From the human T2T-CHM13v2.0 reference genome, Homo sapiens, in assembly GCF_009914755.1 (NCBI RefSeq), contig NC_060947.1: a stretch of 64,000 nucleotides of DNA; one strand, written 5' to 3'. Below the pieces are notes generated by a model that was given only the letters and a program-made list of their open reading frames with translations, had not been told where the DNA came from and ran no database searches. Below, piece after piece: positions 1 to 18,110 of the stretch; position 1 is the stretch's first letter; each line of letters opens with the position of its first letter. The position numbers and the translations under genes are program-made.

Positions 1-217
1 TCTATGGAATTTCTAGAACTAGTGAATGCCAACTCAGAGATTCCTTATAATGTTTCTTAATATGAAGCCTTATCTTTGGACATTTGAAGGTCAAACCTAT
101 GAATCATCAATTAACATAATCTGACTTATCAAGACAAATACAGTAGTGTTTGAGGTAAAGGGTGTATCTCTCAAGTAAACAGGCTAACCAAATAAGAAAA
201 ATATATTTAGCAAAGCT

Positions 218-650
218 CTTGGTTTGGGTTCCCCCAAGAACAGATCCTGAGATAAAACTCAAGAGCAATGTTTTTGGGGAGCTGATCCAGGAAATACCCA
301 CAGAAAAGTGGGGAAATGAGGCAAGGAAGGGAAAGAAGCCAATACAAAAGGGCAACAAGAGCTCAATCTTGGTGTGGGACTCTGGAGAAATTTATTCCAA
401 CTGAGGACTAAGGAACTACAATATTTACCCACAAAATTCCCCTCAGACATTGGTTTAAGGATGTTTCCAGGGCCATTAATTCTCTGGCACTTCAGGCTTG
501 CTTTGCATCTAGGACAAGTGCTCCCACAGGCAAAAAAAAAAAAAAAAAAAAATCCTTAGACAGATAGTCAAGGGTATAAGCAGTCTCCAGTATGTATGTA
601 TTGAGATGAGTTTCAAGAAATATGGATGGGGCATCACAGTTGTCTGTTAC
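218..650 (-). mobile_element. Degenerate ERVL-class LTR (LTR16-like)
   Basis: tttgggttcccccaagaacagatcctgagat...tttttggggagctgatccaggaaat resembles the reverse complement of an ERVL LTR 3' end; boundaries approximate. Confidence 0.45.
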
Positions 651-656
651 ACTCAA

Positions 657-750
657 GCAGCAACATCAGAATAACCTGGGATCTTGTTCGAAATGCAAAA
701 ATCTCAGGCACCGCTTCATCTCCATGCACGTTAAAATTTGAGAGGTGCTA
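657..750. mobile_element. MER5-type hAT-Charlie MITE fragment
   Basis: gcagcaacatcagaataacctgggatcttgttcgaaatgcaaaaatctcagg...aaaatttgagag motifs. Confidence 0.5.
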
Positions 751-764
751 TGGTATGAGATACA

Positions 765-798
765 TAGATTAGATAGATTAGATAGATAGATATATAGT

Positions 799-830
<32 letters not shown>
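765..830. repeat. (TAGA)n/(CAGA)n compound tetranucleotide microsatellite
   Basis: directly visible tagatagata...gacagacagacaga. Confidence 0.9.
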
Positions 831-1714
831 AACAACCCATCTCAAATAGAACCAAGTACATCTAGATGCTGTTTTGAGCCAAAAGAAGCAAAAGAGCAAT
901 CTGGAATTCTAATAAAGGAATCCCTTTTTGGTTGCCCACTAACATGCTTTGTCAGAGCCAATTAATCTAAAGTCCCATAGACAAACATCAAAACGGCAAG
1001 AAAGTGCCCCTGAAGATGCAGAAATTTCTATAGTTTCAATACCTGAAGGGTGTGGGGCTATTGCCAAGAGGCTGCCTAGGGTTTTAGCACCTTATCTCCA
1101 AGCTGAAAACTAGTCAAGACCATCATAGTATGTATTTCTTAATAAACTATTTCCATAATGATGGTTATTCTGATCCAAATCTGATTCATTTTCTTACGAA
1201 GTATATTAGAAATGCATCATAATGAGAAAATGTTGGCTTGAGTACAAACTTAAAAGCAGCAGTTGACATTGTTAGGCTCTTCAGGCTCCCTAAATAATTC
1301 CTCAAAGCAAGAAGAATGCTGCAGATCACCTAGAAATAATTGTCAATGCTAGGTCTTCCATATATATACAAGGAAGCTGGGGATGAGAGAGAAGGCTCTG
1401 CTAACCCATAGAAAGTGAATAAAATCTAACAGGGATTACAGTCTGGGAATTAGCATCTGGAAAGCATACTGAGTTAACAAGCCCAAGATCATGGGGTAAG
1501 AAGCTTCAGATGGAAGATATCTGTTACATAGGCAACCAGCCACCCACAAGGAGGACACATCATACTGAAATCTGAATTGTAACTTCGGTTACAAATTTCA
1601 GCACATTTTTCAGCACGTTTTAATTGCATTATGACACATTGTTACCTCTATGAGGAAACTATAAAATTATCATCAACATGACATATAACATGTATTTTTA
1701 TATGCCAAACATAT

Positions 1715-1910
1715 GCACTTGCATGCTTCCACTTACATGTAATTCTCAACCTGATGAGGTGAGGTGCTATAATTAATTCCTGTGTTATAGATGAGGAAAC
1801 TGAGACTGAGAGAAGATAGGTAACTCACTTTCCCAATGTTATACAACTATCAAATTGCCCAGTTAGGATTTGAACACCAAACCTATGGTGACTCTGAAAC
1901 CCACACACTT
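1715..1910 (-). mobile_element. MIR SINE
   Basis: MIR core in reverse orientation: tagatgaggaaactgagactgagaga...ggatttgaacacc. Confidence 0.75.
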
Positions 1911-4900
1911 ATGCCCAAGACGCTTCTATCTCATTATAAGATACTCTACCCTTTATTAGTGAACCAGTCATATTTGAAAAAACCAGCCCATCACAAGTCA
2001 AAACAGGTTTAAAAATCACTGGACTACCATTGAAATTAGAAGAGGAGTTTCTTTTCTGCTGAGTTTGTTTCAATGTCAAAAGCAGATGATTTCTCTTCAG
2101 TGCACCTTCACCTTTGGATATACAAAACATTATCTATAGCAACATTACTCATACAAAATGTGGGAGATTAGTTGGTTCTACTACCTTTTAGGGGCTGCTC
2201 ATTCCCTTCAGGCTTCAACATGTCATTTGAAATCTGGCCCTGTATTTAGTTGAAAAGGGCCTAAACTTTCATAGTCAAACAAAGGAAAAGATTGAAGGCA
2301 TGAAGAGAGCACAAAGCACTCTGAATTCTTAGGTTTGGTTTCCTGTTCAGGTTTCCTGTTAAACTGCAGGGAAAAAAAAGAAAGAAAGAAATGCAGAGAG
2401 GCAACATAAGGGCCCTGAGGAGAGACCAGTAGTTCAATGAAAATCCCACCATGGAAAATGTGTCAAAATACACTGATACCCTAAAAAGTACAAATGTAAA
2501 ATAACAGACGTTAAGAAAGAGTTTGAAAGATTTCTAAATAGGGGAACATTAGCAAAAGAATTCAGGTAAAAGAGATAAAATTATCTTTTGCTTTACAAAC
2601 TTGCTGACCCAGAACTTGGTCAAACAAGTTTGATTTTTTGAAATAAAGAGAATGAGAAAAAAGTGTGGAAAAGAGTTAGCTAAAGACTATAAGATAGGGA
2701 AGGGAGCCAGAGAATCAGGTGGAGAAAGAGCAAAGGGGAAAAGAGGAATAAGTAACTGGAATAGTTGGGGCAGGAGGAAGAATATACTCAATTTAGTAGT
2801 TTTTAATGAAGTTGTCCAACATTTAAGTCCAGCAATGTATGGTTAAGCAAAACATCAACTTATCAAAGTAAGTACTTTTTATAGAATTATTATTATATAT
2901 AAGGTATTCTGTATTTTTTTAAAATCAAGAAGAGTACATTAAGGAGAAAAGTGTTTGAAGGTGTTTCAGGAGAAAAGTGAAACTCCCGGGAAACCTGATG
3001 AAATGGGGCTATGTGTGGGGATGGGGACAGAGTTCAGAACAGAGTCAAGACAGAGAAAACAAGTCAGTGGCTGTTTCTGAAGACTCAAAAGGCACAGAAA
3101 CAATACTATAGAAACTTGACTTAGAAGTGCAGGTGGATTAATGGCCACATTCAGCATACTGCATGTAGCATTGCCTGTATTTATTTTCATGCTGGTAAAG
3201 GATCCAAGTTACAAATCCAAAAGCCTCACAATCTATTAAGCCTCATGATCACTGCAGGACTGAATGCAAGAAGCATACACTGGCTCAGTCCATTGGCCTC
3301 CAAGGCCCCAACCACACCTAGACATCCCAGAATGCCTTGACTTTCCCTGAGGGGAACTTGGTAACAATGGCTCAGGCCCATCGAATACACCCCGAAGAAA
3401 CCCAGCAGGCACCTCTCTGAGTACAAACAGCACAAGATCCTCAAGTACTATTCTCCATTCCTCACATTTATCACCCTCTTAGAAGGCTAGTATAATTGAG
3501 AGTGTATTATTATACATGAATGCATCTCTGATATCAAAGTCCAGAGAAACCAATATCTGCATTATTTTCTCTAGTTCTCACCCAATCTACCTGAGAAAGG
3601 GAACTTGTAAGTTTCAGCAACTTGTAAGTAACTTTCCAATAAAAAATTCAGGGGAAACGTGCTATTAATAATGATATCTAGTTTTATGGGACTGATGTAA
3701 GAACAGATGGGGCGCGGGTGTTCAAGGAAGCATCCGTGTGCAAGTGTGAAACTGCAGAGAGGTGTGAAGAGGCACCTCGTCTTCCCCTATGTAAGGGCTT
3801 CTGTGGGCATCTGTCACAGTCTCATCTGAGAATTCACTGAGGAAACTTGGGAGTAGAACCCTCAGAGGGCACCTGAGGGAGTCCTGCTGCTTACTGGGAA
3901 AAAAAAATCAGAGAATCGAATCGGGGACAATCCCACAAACTCCCAGGACATTAATTGAGACGAAGTGGAAAGAGAAACCAAATAAGAGGTGATTTAATGA
4001 AATTTGTTGCTTCCCGTAAACTCCAAAGTTCTCTGAAATGTTGAAGGCTTCAGATGCATCTGCCAAATGGAACTACATAGCGCCTGATTGCAGGCCAAGC
4101 CTGAACTCTAGGTAGAAAACACTACAGTGAAGAGCAGCCAAATTCTCATTTGGCCAGGCACTATGAAGATCGCCAACACAAAACAGCATTTGCTCTATGA
4201 AGAGTCTTTACCAAAACCAAAATCCTCCATCTTAAAGCAAGCTTATGGTCTTTTTAAAAATGTATATTCTCTCATGACAGCTTTGAGTCAGAGTAATTTG
4301 CCCACAGGTAAAATGGTTAAATGTTTTAGATATTTTGTTTTTCTGGTTTAAAGGATATCAGAAGAAAGAAAACAAAAAAACAAAAAGGAATTCTGAGAAA
4401 GGGACCAAACAATGTCCCCTCTTAGAGAAGAAAAAAAAAAAAAACCTTTAGCTGTAGCTGGCTACAGAGTAGCCTCTAGAGTAGACACTGCATCCCAGTA
4501 CCTTGTACACACATATCAGTATCACAACTACTCTTGCTAGCTGTCCAGGGAACTATTGGTTCAAAATAGTTTGATTCTACCAGTGCCCAAATCCATGATT
4601 GGCTGTAAAATCCATATTGAACTCTGGAAATGGAAAAATTTACCTTGACAGCATAGGGAAATTTTGAAAAATTCAACAAATCATGGAACATAATATTTTT
4701 GAAGATGATAAAATACAGCAGGGATAACAATATTTTATATATACCAAGTATAAATGCATATCATCCAAGCATCTAAATTCACACTATCCTTGTCTATAAA
4801 TAAGTAAAAAACAATATAAATAATAAGTCAATTTTGTTATAATGATCAAAATCACTGATGGTACAAATATCTCAAAATCCATACTGGAATTAATGGGAAA

Positions 4901-5349
4901 ATGCCCACTTAGCAGTCCTATAGTTGACCAATGGCTGTTCTTAGCAAAGAAACAAGGTTACTCGAGTTATCATTCATCACTTCTGTGCAGCCTGGATTCC
5001 TAGGAATTCTCTTGGGAGTTTCAAGGGGCCTGTACATCATCAGCCAATTACAAAGTGATAGCCAATTAAAGAGAGTTCAATCAATAACTTTGCTTTAAAT
5101 CTGACCACAGAACCATTGTCTGTTCCTTTCTTTGGAAATAGGAATGATTGAACTCCCTTTTCCCACAGGACAAGCATGAGGAATCATTGCAAATCACTCT
5201 GCTCTTACATTCTACATCAATAGTTGCAATAATAATGATTGTGTTGGTTTATAGCATGAATATTGAACCTAGTGTTTTTCTAAGGAGGCTCTCACAAACC
5301 ACTAAATCATTTCCCTACCTCGCACTCGCTTAATTTAGAAGTTTTTGTT

Positions 5350-6622
<1,273 letters not shown>

Positions 6623-6680
6623 TGAGGGCAAGAATGAAGGTTTCTTTGTCTCTCAGAGATAAAGCATGATAATATCAAAA

Positions 6681-7354
6681 ATAGCATAATGTCAGCGTGC
6701 ATCACTGGCATTTTACTGAATAAGGAATGGAGACCAAAAGAAGAGAGGTGACTTTTCCAGAATGTGTGATGATTCCATGTGTTTAGGTATATATGTCAAT
6801 GTTTGACAACAGATTAATGTAAAGGTGGTAAAATAAGGCGAATGAAACATTAAAAAGAGTCTTATACTTCATAGTTTGTGCTCTCAACACCTGGTGAGAG
6901 TGACCAGAGCCAGATTTAAAGAATACAAGCATGGCATGGATACTGAGTCCTAATGAATCTGTGTGGGTCTTACCCAGTTGAAAATTCATATTGCTTCACT
7001 GATCCATGTGACCAGGATCCAAATAATCCACTCTACTTTCGGGCTTCCCTTAATCCTTTTATTACTATAAAATTATTCCACTCCATCCACTCATTGATCA
7101 AGAATCATGGAAGAGTATCCCGAAATAGCTTACACTTTCAGCAGGTGTCAAGAGCACAAACTATGAAGTATAAGGTTCTTTTCAATGTTTCATTCTCCTT
7201 ATTTTACCATCTTTACATTAATCTGTTGTCAAGCATTGATATGTATGCTTAAGCACATGGAATGTTCACACATTCTGATAAAGTCACCTCTCCTCTTTTG
7301 GTCTCCATTCCTTACTCAGTGAAATGCCAGTGATGCACACTGACATTATGCCAT
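6681..7354. repeat. Long inverted repeat: arms 6681-6897 and 7138-7354, 240-bp spacer
   Basis: manual alignment of the left arm to the reverse complement of the right arm: 217 bp, 23 mismatches, no gaps. Confidence 0.95.
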
Positions 7355-8819
7355 GCCAGCCTGGAGCACCCTAAAGTTATAACTGCACCCTTTCCTTTAT
7401 GTAAATGATACAAACCCCCATAGTCAGAGAATCATGCCTGGGAATGAGATGGCATAAATTTCCTCTCTAAATCTATGTCAAATGAGCTTCTCACTGCATC
7501 TTAGAGGTACCAAAAGGCTTTTTCTTTGCAAAGCCATGTGAGAACTTTCTCTTTTGCTCTTGGATAATTTTTCATTTAGCATTCCATTGCTTTAGCTCAG
7601 CACACCATTCACTTAAGGGTCAACGGGCACAGGTACACTTTTCTTTAGGCAAGGTAAATTAAGTCTATAAGCTCTTGAACCAATGAATTTTCACAGTAGG
7701 TTGCTCCAGAGTCATTTAGCTCAAGATTCTGTGTAATTGTGATACATTGAGACAATTCTCTACTGAACACTGGGGTTCAGTACAAAGTGCATTTAGTTGC
7801 AGGTGCTGATGTGAGACTTGAATGACTGGACCAAGCCTCAGTGAAATTTCTCCCCAGGAAAGTGCTTCTCTAAAACTCTGAGTCATCCAAAGTTAGGAGA
7901 GTTTCAAAGGAAGCTCAAAGGGCGAAAAGTAAAAAATAACAGAGTTAATTAGGAGGGCTATTACCACGGGAAGCTTTGGGCAGGCAGAAACCCCAGTTAA
8001 ACAGACTCCCAGACATAAATCACCATTGCTTACCAGCTACATAGGCAAATTGGCAGGCTTTACAAAAGACATGGTTGGGTTCCCAAGCCACACCACTTGA
8101 GAGTCAGAAATGGTGTAAAATGAGGAAGCACGGTAGCAGCTGAGAAAGCCAAACTGCAAAAGCAATGGTCCCCTGGAGATTCAGCTATGCAGAGCAGGAG
8201 GCAAGCAGCAGTTAAATCATTCTTCAGTGGGGGTTTGTGCCTCACGATTTAACAGACTTAGAATTGTACATATTTTTATAAATTTTCAATTAAGCCATTG
8301 GATTATGTTCTTCCTAATTTGGTACTTCAAGTGTTAGTTTCTCCTCTGGAAATTCCTCTGCCCTGTGACTGTCTACAGGGGGCATGACCAGAGGAGCCAC
8401 CTGGAGGCAGATAGGCCAGCTGTAAACTCAGGTTTAGGATTCCAGGCACAGCCCTCTAGGAGATTACTTTCTGATTCATATACAGCTTTCCCTGGACTAA
8501 TTCCTCTTGGGAAACCTAGGGCTACCTCCTGCCCTTATGCACTGTGTTGTAACTCCTAAAAGACAGCTCCTTTGAGCAGGTCTGCACTTGCCTTTGTGTC
8601 ACTAATGGAGGATTGGATTTCCTCATGTCCTAAGAGTCTTTTGGGAGGAGAGATGTTTGGGCCTCCCTCCTCCTCCCTTGAAAGTCCTTCCTTCTTTATC
8701 CAGGCTTCCTACACAGACTGTTTTTCTCACTATCCTTTTCTAATATCCTCAATGAAACCTTCTCCAACTACCTCAGCTCACACAGAATTCTTCCCCTTCT
8801 AAACAGCTATGGCACTTAG

Positions 8820-9020
8820 GGAAGCAATGTGGCACAGTGAGAATAAAAGCAAACTTTGGAGTCAAACAAGCCTGAACTTGAATGCCAGTTCCAGCAATTC
8901 CTACCCATGTAACTTTGGAAAAGTTGTTTCATCTCACTAAAGCTCAGCTCTCTTATATGTAAAGTGAACATAACCACAGTCCCTACTTCATAGGGATTTA
9001 CGAAGACTAAATAAAAATCA
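8820..9020 (+). mobile_element. MIR SINE
   Basis: ctttggagtcaaacaagcctgaacttgaatgccagttcc...cctacttcataggg. Confidence 0.7.
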
Positions 9021-9305
9021 CAGCAACCATCGCTTATATCGTCAATGTGTTAAACTCTTTTGTAAGTACATTGCATATATTAATTCATTTATTGCTTTTT
9101 TATTGTACTTTAAGTTCTAGGGTGCATGTGCAGAACGTGCAGGTTTGTTACATACTTATACACGTGCCATGGTGGTTTGCTGCACTCATCAATCCATCAT
9201 GTACATTAGGTATTTCTCCTAATGGTATCCCTCCCCTAGCCTCCCACCTCCCAACAGGCCCCAGTGTGTGATGTTCCCCTCCCTGTGCCCATGTGTTCTC
9301 ACTGT

Positions 9306-13110
<3,805 letters not shown>

Positions 13111-13177
13111 TATGATGTTAGCTGGTTATTTTGCCCATTAGTTGATGCAGTTTCTTCACAGTGTCGATGATCTTACC

Positions 13178-14186
13178 AATTTGGTACGTATTTGCAGTGG
13201 CTGTTACTGGTTGTTCCTTTCCACGTTTAGTGCTTCCTTCAGGAGCTCTTCTTGTAAGGCAGGCCTGGTGGTGACAAAATCTCTCAGCATTTGCTTGTCT
13301 GTAAAAGATTTTATTTCTCCTTCGCTTATGAAGCTTAGTTTGGCTAGATATCAAATTCTGGGTTGAAAATACTTTTCTTATTGGCCCCCACTGTATTCTG
13401 GCTTGTAGGATTTCTGCAGAGAGATCTGCTGTTAGTATGATAGGCTTCCCTTTGTGGGTAACCTGTCCTTCCTCTCTGGCTGCCCTTAACATTTTTTCCT
13501 ACATTTCAACCTTGATGACTCTGATGATTATGTGTCTTGGGGTTGCTCTTCTTGAGGAGTATCTTTGTAGTGTTCTCTGTATTTCCTGAATTTGAATGTT
13601 GGCCTGTCTTGCTAGGTTGGGGAAGTTCTCCTGGAAAATATCGTGAAGGGTGCTTTTCAACTTGGCTCCATTCTCCCTGTCACTTTCAGGTACACCAATC
13701 AAATGCAGGTTTGGCCTTTTCACATAGTCCCATATTTCTTGGAGGCTTTCTTCTTTTCTTTTTTCTTTTTTCTCTGATCTTGTCTTCACGCTTTATTTCA
13801 TTAAGTTGATCTTCAATCTCTGATATCCTTTCTTCCACTTGATCAATTCAGTTATTGATACTCATGTATGCTTCACAAAGTTCTCGTGCTGTGTTTTTCA
13901 GCTCCATCAGGTCATTTATGTTCTTCTCTAAACTGGCTATTCTAGTTATCAATTCCTCTAACCTTTTCTCAAGGTTCTTAGCTTCCTTGCGTTGTGTTAG
14001 AACATGCTCCTTTAGCTCAGAGGAGTTTGTTATTACCCACCTTCTGAAGCCTACTTCTGTCAATTTGTCAAACTCATTCTCCGCCCAGTTTTGTTCCCTT
14101 GCTGGTGAGGAGTTGTGATCCTTTGGAGGAGAAGAGTTGTTCTGGTTTTTGGAATTTTCAGCCTTTTTGCTCTGGTTTCTCCCCAT
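13178..14186 (-). pseudogene. Disrupted L1 ORF1
   Basis: MGRNQSKKAENSKNQ..., LQEIWDYVKRPNL and RRATPRHII are split across three frames. Confidence 0.85.
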
Positions 14187-15547
14187 CTTTGTGGATTTAT
14201 CTACCTTTGTTCTTTGATGTTGGTGACCTTCGGATGGGGTTTCTGAGTACATGTCCTTTTTTTGATGTTGATGTTATTCCTTTCTGTTTGTGAGTTTTCC
14301 TTCTAATAGGCCCCTCTGCTGCAGTTCTGCTGGAGTTTGCTGGAGGTCCACTCCGGACCCTGTTTGCCTGGGTATCACCAGCGGAGGCTGCAGAACAGCA
14401 AAGATTGCTGCCTTTTCCTTCCTCTGGAAGCTTCATCCCAGAAGGGCACCCACCAGATCTCAGCTGGAGCTCTCCGGTATGAGGTGTCTGTCGAGCCCTG
14501 CTGGGAGATGTCTCCCAGTCAGGAGGCAGGGGTTCAGGGACCCACTTGAGGAGGCAGTCTGACCCTTAGCAAAGCTTGAGCACTGTGCTGGGAGATCCAC
14601 TGCTCTCTTCAGAGCCATCAGGCAGGGACCTTTAAGTCTGTTAAAGCTGTGCCCACCACTTCCCCTTCCCCCAAGTACTCTGACCCAGGGAGATGGTGAT
14701 TGTATCTATAAGCCCCTGACTGGGGCTGCTGCCTTTTTTTCAGAGATGCTCTGCTCAGAGAGGAGGAATCTATAGAGGCAGTCTGGCTACAGCGGCTTTG
14801 CTGAGCTGTGGAGGGCTCCTCCCAGTTGGAACTTCCCCATGGCTTTGTTTACACTGTGAGGGGAAAACCGCCTACTGAAGCTTCAGTAATGGCTGACGCC
14901 TGTCCCCCCACCAAACTCGAGTGTCCCAGGTCAACTTCAGACTGCTGTGCTGGCAGCAAAAATTTCAAGCCAGTGGATCTTAGCTTGCTGGGCTCCGTCA
15001 GGGTGGGATCCGCTGAGCTAGAACACTTGGCTCCCTGGCTTCAGCCCCCTTTCCAGGGGTGTGAATGATTCTGTCACACTGGCATTCCAGGAGCCACTGG
15101 GGTATGAAAAAAAAAACAAAAACCTCCTGCAGCTAGCTCAGTGTCTGCCTCAAATGGCCACCCAGTTTTGTGCTTGAAACCCAGGGCCCTGGTGGCATAG
15201 GCACCTGAGGGAATTTCCTGGTCTGTGGATTGTGATGACCATGGAAAAAGTGTAGTATCTGGGCTGGAGTGCACCATTTCTCACAGCACAGTCCCTCATC
15301 GCTTCCCTTGGCTAGGAGAGGGAGTTCTCCCTTACCGCTTGTGCTTCCCAGGTGAGAGATCGCCCCACCCTGCTTCAGCTCACCCTCCGTGGGCTGCTCC
15401 CATTGTCTAACCAGTCTCAATGAGATGAGCTGGGTACCTCAGTTGGAAATGCAGAAATCACCCACCTTCTGCATTGATCTCGCTCGGAGCTGCAGACCAG
15501 AGCTGTTCCTATTTGGCCATCTTTCCAGCCTCCCTAATTCATTTATT

Positions 15548-15660
15548 TTGGAGGCACAGAGAGATTAAGTAACTTCCCTGGGTCACACAGCTGGTGCGTA
15601 GAGAGAGAAGTTGAACCTAGGGAGTCTAGTAACCCCAGCTCATGACCTTTAACCTCTACA
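15548..15660 (-). mobile_element. MIR (continuation of the element split by the L1)
   Basis: ggaggcacagagagattaagtaacttccctgggtcacacagctgg. Confidence 0.75.
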
Positions 15661-15774
15661 TTATAATGATATATAATGATATGCTATATATGTGAAGGAT
15701 TTAACAAGGAGCCCCGTACATAATGGATGATCAGGAGGGATAAAGAAGCCCCTTACCTGTTTGTCCACAGGAAA

Positions 15775-15985
15775 CCATGGTATATACTATAGAAAGAATA
15801 CAGACTTTGGAGTAGGAGGCAAAATTCCAGATCTGTTACTACCTGTGTGACTAAAACAAAGTCACTCTTCCTCTCTGAACTCCAGTTTACTCATCTGCAA
15901 AATGGGGCTGATCATAGCACCAACTTCATATGATTGCTGTAAGGAACTAATGGCCTCTGTAGATGCTCAGCAAATGCCTGTTTAC
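15775..15985 (+). mobile_element. MIR SINE
   Basis: acagactttggagt...ctctgaactccagtttactcatctgcaaaatggggctgat. Confidence 0.75.
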
Positions 15986-17489
15986 TTCCTCATTGTTTGC
16001 ATCCATCATTTGACACCTATGCTGCCTCATATTGCTGCTTCTCTCTTGGTTTGTGGGTCCTATCTCTCCGGGTCTATGATAAGCCCTTAAGGACTAAGAC
16101 CATACTCTAAGCCTCTTGATAACCCTTTAGCATAATGCTATGCCCATTAAAAGTCCTCATTAATTGAATTCTTAACCTCCACTGGGCATGTACTCAGGCA
16201 GGCACTATGCTATGTTCTCAAATGCATTATCTCCTTCAAGTCTCACAACTATTATCTGTGTTTGTTGATGAATTTTATGTTTTCAGGCATAAAATCTCCA
16301 CTGAGAAAAGAGACATGTCCTTTTCTTTCAGACTAATTTCAATGGGTGAGGATAATTTCAGAGTCTTCCAAACTCCTTTGTTGGCTGGTAGAAGTAAAAC
16401 TTTTGCCCTCCCCTCTAGATACCCTTGACTTACTGACATTTTCTAAACAATCGTCGGTGTTTGTGCAGGTGGGAGCCAGGTTCTTTTTCTGGGGCTCGGC
16501 TGTATGAATCACCTTGAGATTCTTTTCACTGGACATTTACCCTCAGCTCTTTTTCTCCCCCTTTTGTTTTATTCATCATACTGAAACCTCAGAGGACACG
16601 CAAGGCAAGGCTGTGTGACAATACTAATTCTTAGCATATGTGGGACCCAAAAGAAAAAATTGCAAATTGTGTGTAAAGAAATTAACCCTGGAGCATTATT
16701 TGAATGGACTGAGGAGTCATAATGCAGACATGTTGAACCATGTATATGTGCTTATTATTTTCATGATTGTGGCTTCATAATTGCTTCTGATGAAAGGCAA
16801 GGAAATGAAAATTCAACATTGAAACATAAATAACCAACAAACCCTGACTGTGAAGGAAATGCACTATATTAAAGGATTTACTTTCTCAGACAAAGGGGTG
16901 AAAATAAGTGGGTTTGCTGCTATTGAATTCAAAGAAATTGAACTCAGCTTCTCTCTGTAGTTCAAGTTTCCAGCAAATAATTTACAGTGTAAATGCAGCA
17001 GGGGTTTTTGCTGAACAAATGGTTGTGTATTGTGAGTAGGATATAAATTAAGGATACTATTTTTCTTCTAAACCTACAAGTAAATAACTCCCCATCATGT
17101 TTCCCTCTGTACCACAGTTCTCTTTCCATGTGTGGAATGTGTTGCTTTGAAACAAAATCGTGGAAACCAGCATCTGTTCAAGTGGTGTGCGATCACAATG
17201 GGCCGAGGAGTGCAGTAATGGAATGTGGTGCTTTAATTGAGTTCAGGTTAATACCACAACTTAGGAATATCAATTTCTATTACTTACATTAAGGCTAAGC
17301 TATTGAATGTAGCAGTTATAGGTAGGAGGCGTTGGAAGCCACACATTGAGCAAGATCTGCTTAAAGAGTCACGTGCAGTTGCTGTTTTTATCCCCTTGGC
17401 TCTGGATTGAGATGTTAAGTACCCATTACCAGAAAATGTCAACTCAATAATCTAATTGTACCACTTCTAATTACTGAAACAGTCACCAT

Positions 17490-17730
17490 TATTGGGTACC
17501 TGTGATCCACCAAGCTCTTCATTAGACATTTCGCTTATCTTGCTGCATTTAATCCTTACAACAACCATGCAAAGTAGACATTATGATCTTAATTTTGTAG
17601 ATTTGGCAACTGACAGTCAGAAAGGTTAAGTAACTTACCCAAGCTCACACAGCTTCTAAGTTATACCGCAAAGAGTGGACCAGATCTGTTTGAATGCAAA
17701 GCCTGTGCCCTTGCTAGTGTGACATGCTGC
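17490..17730 (-). mobile_element. MIR SINE
   Basis: catttaatccttacaacaacc...aggttaagtaacttacccaagctcacacagc. Confidence 0.8.
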
Positions 17731-17854
17731 CTTGGCTCTATTGGGGCAGAGAAAGGGAATAATCACTTTCAGCAGTACCCTTGACCTACTGACTGAAAGA
17801 AGGTTCCACATCATCTCAAGAACTCCTTCTGCTGGGATTTGGTGGTAAAAAGAC

Positions 17855-18110
17855 AGCATTATGGTTGCAATATGGGTTTTAACATCAGATAAACCTGGAA
17901 ATTCTCCAGTTCTACCACTTGCTAGTTGTGGGATCTTAGATAACATACCTATCCCTGGGACTTGATTTACTCACCTGAAAAATGAAGATAATAATACTAT
18001 GGCATATCTCACAGAAATTGCAATACAGATTAAGTGACGTCATGCATGTAAACTATCTGACATAGTACCTGGCATATACTAAGTGCTCAGTAAATCTTAG
18101 CTATCATTAT
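17855..18110 (+). mobile_element. MIR SINE
   Basis: ccacttgctagttgtgggatcttag...catagtacctggcatatactaagtgctcagtaaat. Confidence 0.8.

Noticed and set aside
6783-7252. Two ORFs on opposite strands sharing RAQTMKYK.LFNVSF.LFYHLYINLLS.ID
   Set aside because: The shared peptide is an automatic consequence of the DNA inverted repeat. There are no splice or coding signals and no recognisable protein.
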